From NCBI GenBank assembly GCA_050084515.1, contig CM114271.1, positions 186,001 to 250,000 of the forward strand: a stretch of 64,000 nt of DNA, in the 5' to 3' direction. Positions 62,701-64,000 of this stretch are shown piece by piece. The notes beneath the pieces are model-generated. The model was given only the letters and a program-made list of their open reading frames with translations. It was not told the DNA's origin and ran no database searches. This DNA is from Blasia pusilla (Eukaryota). Every line of letters starts with the position of its first letter. Within the stretch, counting starts at the first letter, position 1. Made by a program: the position numbers and the translations under genes.

Positions 62701-64000
62701 ATTCATTTTGTTTATAGCAAACTATCAATGTGCCTTTTAAGGATAATGCCTACATAAATTATCATTCTTATGCTTATAAAACATAGTTATCTTGTTTTGT
62801 TTCAAATAGTTCTGTGGATAGATAATGAATATTATTTCTATGCAAATTTTTTGTTTCTTTTAATCAAATGAAATCTCTTATAAGATAATAATGGATCAAT
62901 TCTAATTTGCAACTCAATGGATAAGAAAAATAATATAAAAATATGATTACATGAAGGATTTTAAGTTAGACATTATGTATATGATAGATATGGTTCCCAC
63001 CAAGGAGCCAACGTTGACTAATAAAAATAAGCTATGCAAGAGGAGAGAAGATAGTTGGATCAATAAAAACAAGGAAGTTAGAAAATTTCCTTCAAATGGA
63101 AAGTGCTTTATAGTAAAATTTTCCTTTTAAGAATACGCGATTAATGACTAGGAAACATGAAGCCTAATTTCCAAGAGATGCAAATTCTTATTCTTTTCTG
63201 AAATTTCCTTAAAAAAGTGATATATTGTCATGTCAAGATCAAGATGAATTTCTAAATCAAGACTACTGATTAATAAAATAGTTTCAATTATTGAACCACT
63301 AGGTTATTTGGTAAAAGTGGAAGATACACGATATGGATGCAAAGATCTTAGTGCCACGAAAATAAAATTTCTATAAGTTGTGGATATAGGGATCTAAGGA
63401 TGTAGAGCCTTCATCTTAGCTATGGTAGCTACAGGTAGAATTGGTTCAAACTATCATCAACAATATGGTATAAGTTGATAAACATGTCTATTGTTTATTG
63501 AGACTAAGCACGATGAGCTATAAATATTGCATGTAAAGTTGGTTGGTGAGTAATAACGTTTTGACCCATCACAATATTACCACTAGGATATAAGGATCCA
63601 AAGCATGGACTTAAGGGTATCAATTTTATTTATATTGTATTGTATAGATTGAAAAAAATATGAAGAGTATGATATGAGATGATAAATATCATAATAATTA
63701 AATTAGGGATTTAAAATGTGTGTGTTTTTAGTAGAATTTCTAAGTAAGTCACATCCTTATACATTCTTAAATCTTATGTAAGTTCAATCTCTTACAACAG
63801 TCAATCTAACAATAGAATTTTGTAAGATAATTCAAATATGCTAAAAATCAAAAAATATGAACACACTGTTCTAGAATATCTTTTGCTTCTTCAAATGTGT
63901 TTGGCATAAGTCCATATTTTTATAACGTTATAAAAGTGTAGCCAAAATGGTTCAACTCCCACCAACATGCTTCATACGAAGAGTTAATTTTACTAACCAT

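Noticed and set aside
51400-64000. Short ORFs and putative decayed transposase fragments in the AT-rich tail, other than the CFAP97D-like gene
   Set aside because: Low-complexity translations with no identifiable motifs.

Overview
Transposon-dense eukaryotic DNA, most likely from a land plant with flagellated sperm (fern, lycophyte or bryophyte grade). This is inferred from plant-type CACTA/Copia elements plus a cilia-associated CFAP97/Hemingway-like gene. From left to right: a decayed Gypsy gag remnant; an LTR-like repeat split by a CRE-like (restriction-like endonuclease) non-LTR retroelement fragment; a solo LTR with a perfect TSD (4000-5482); a 10.4-kb CACTA element (7738-18169, TSD AAA) nested in a left-truncated relative; a decayed Helitron Rep-helicase interrupted by a Copia solo LTR; a ~13-kb Mutator-like (MULE) element; a Copia element whose 3' end does not match its 5' LTR; a BTB/KCTD-type gene; and a CFAP97D-like gene in AT-rich DNA. 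The most notable item is the MULE-like element (~28.6-41.5 kb). It has a GCM-like/DDE/SWIM transposase transcribed divergently from a spliced cargo gene that combines a ParB/Srx-like domain with a beta-class N6A/N4C DNA-methyltransferase-like domain. Its non-coding parts are filled with dozens of copies of a 27-bp palindrome (GCAACCCGTCGGANTCCGACGGGTTGC). This copy is pseudogenised. All domain calls are by-eye motif recognition, not database hits.
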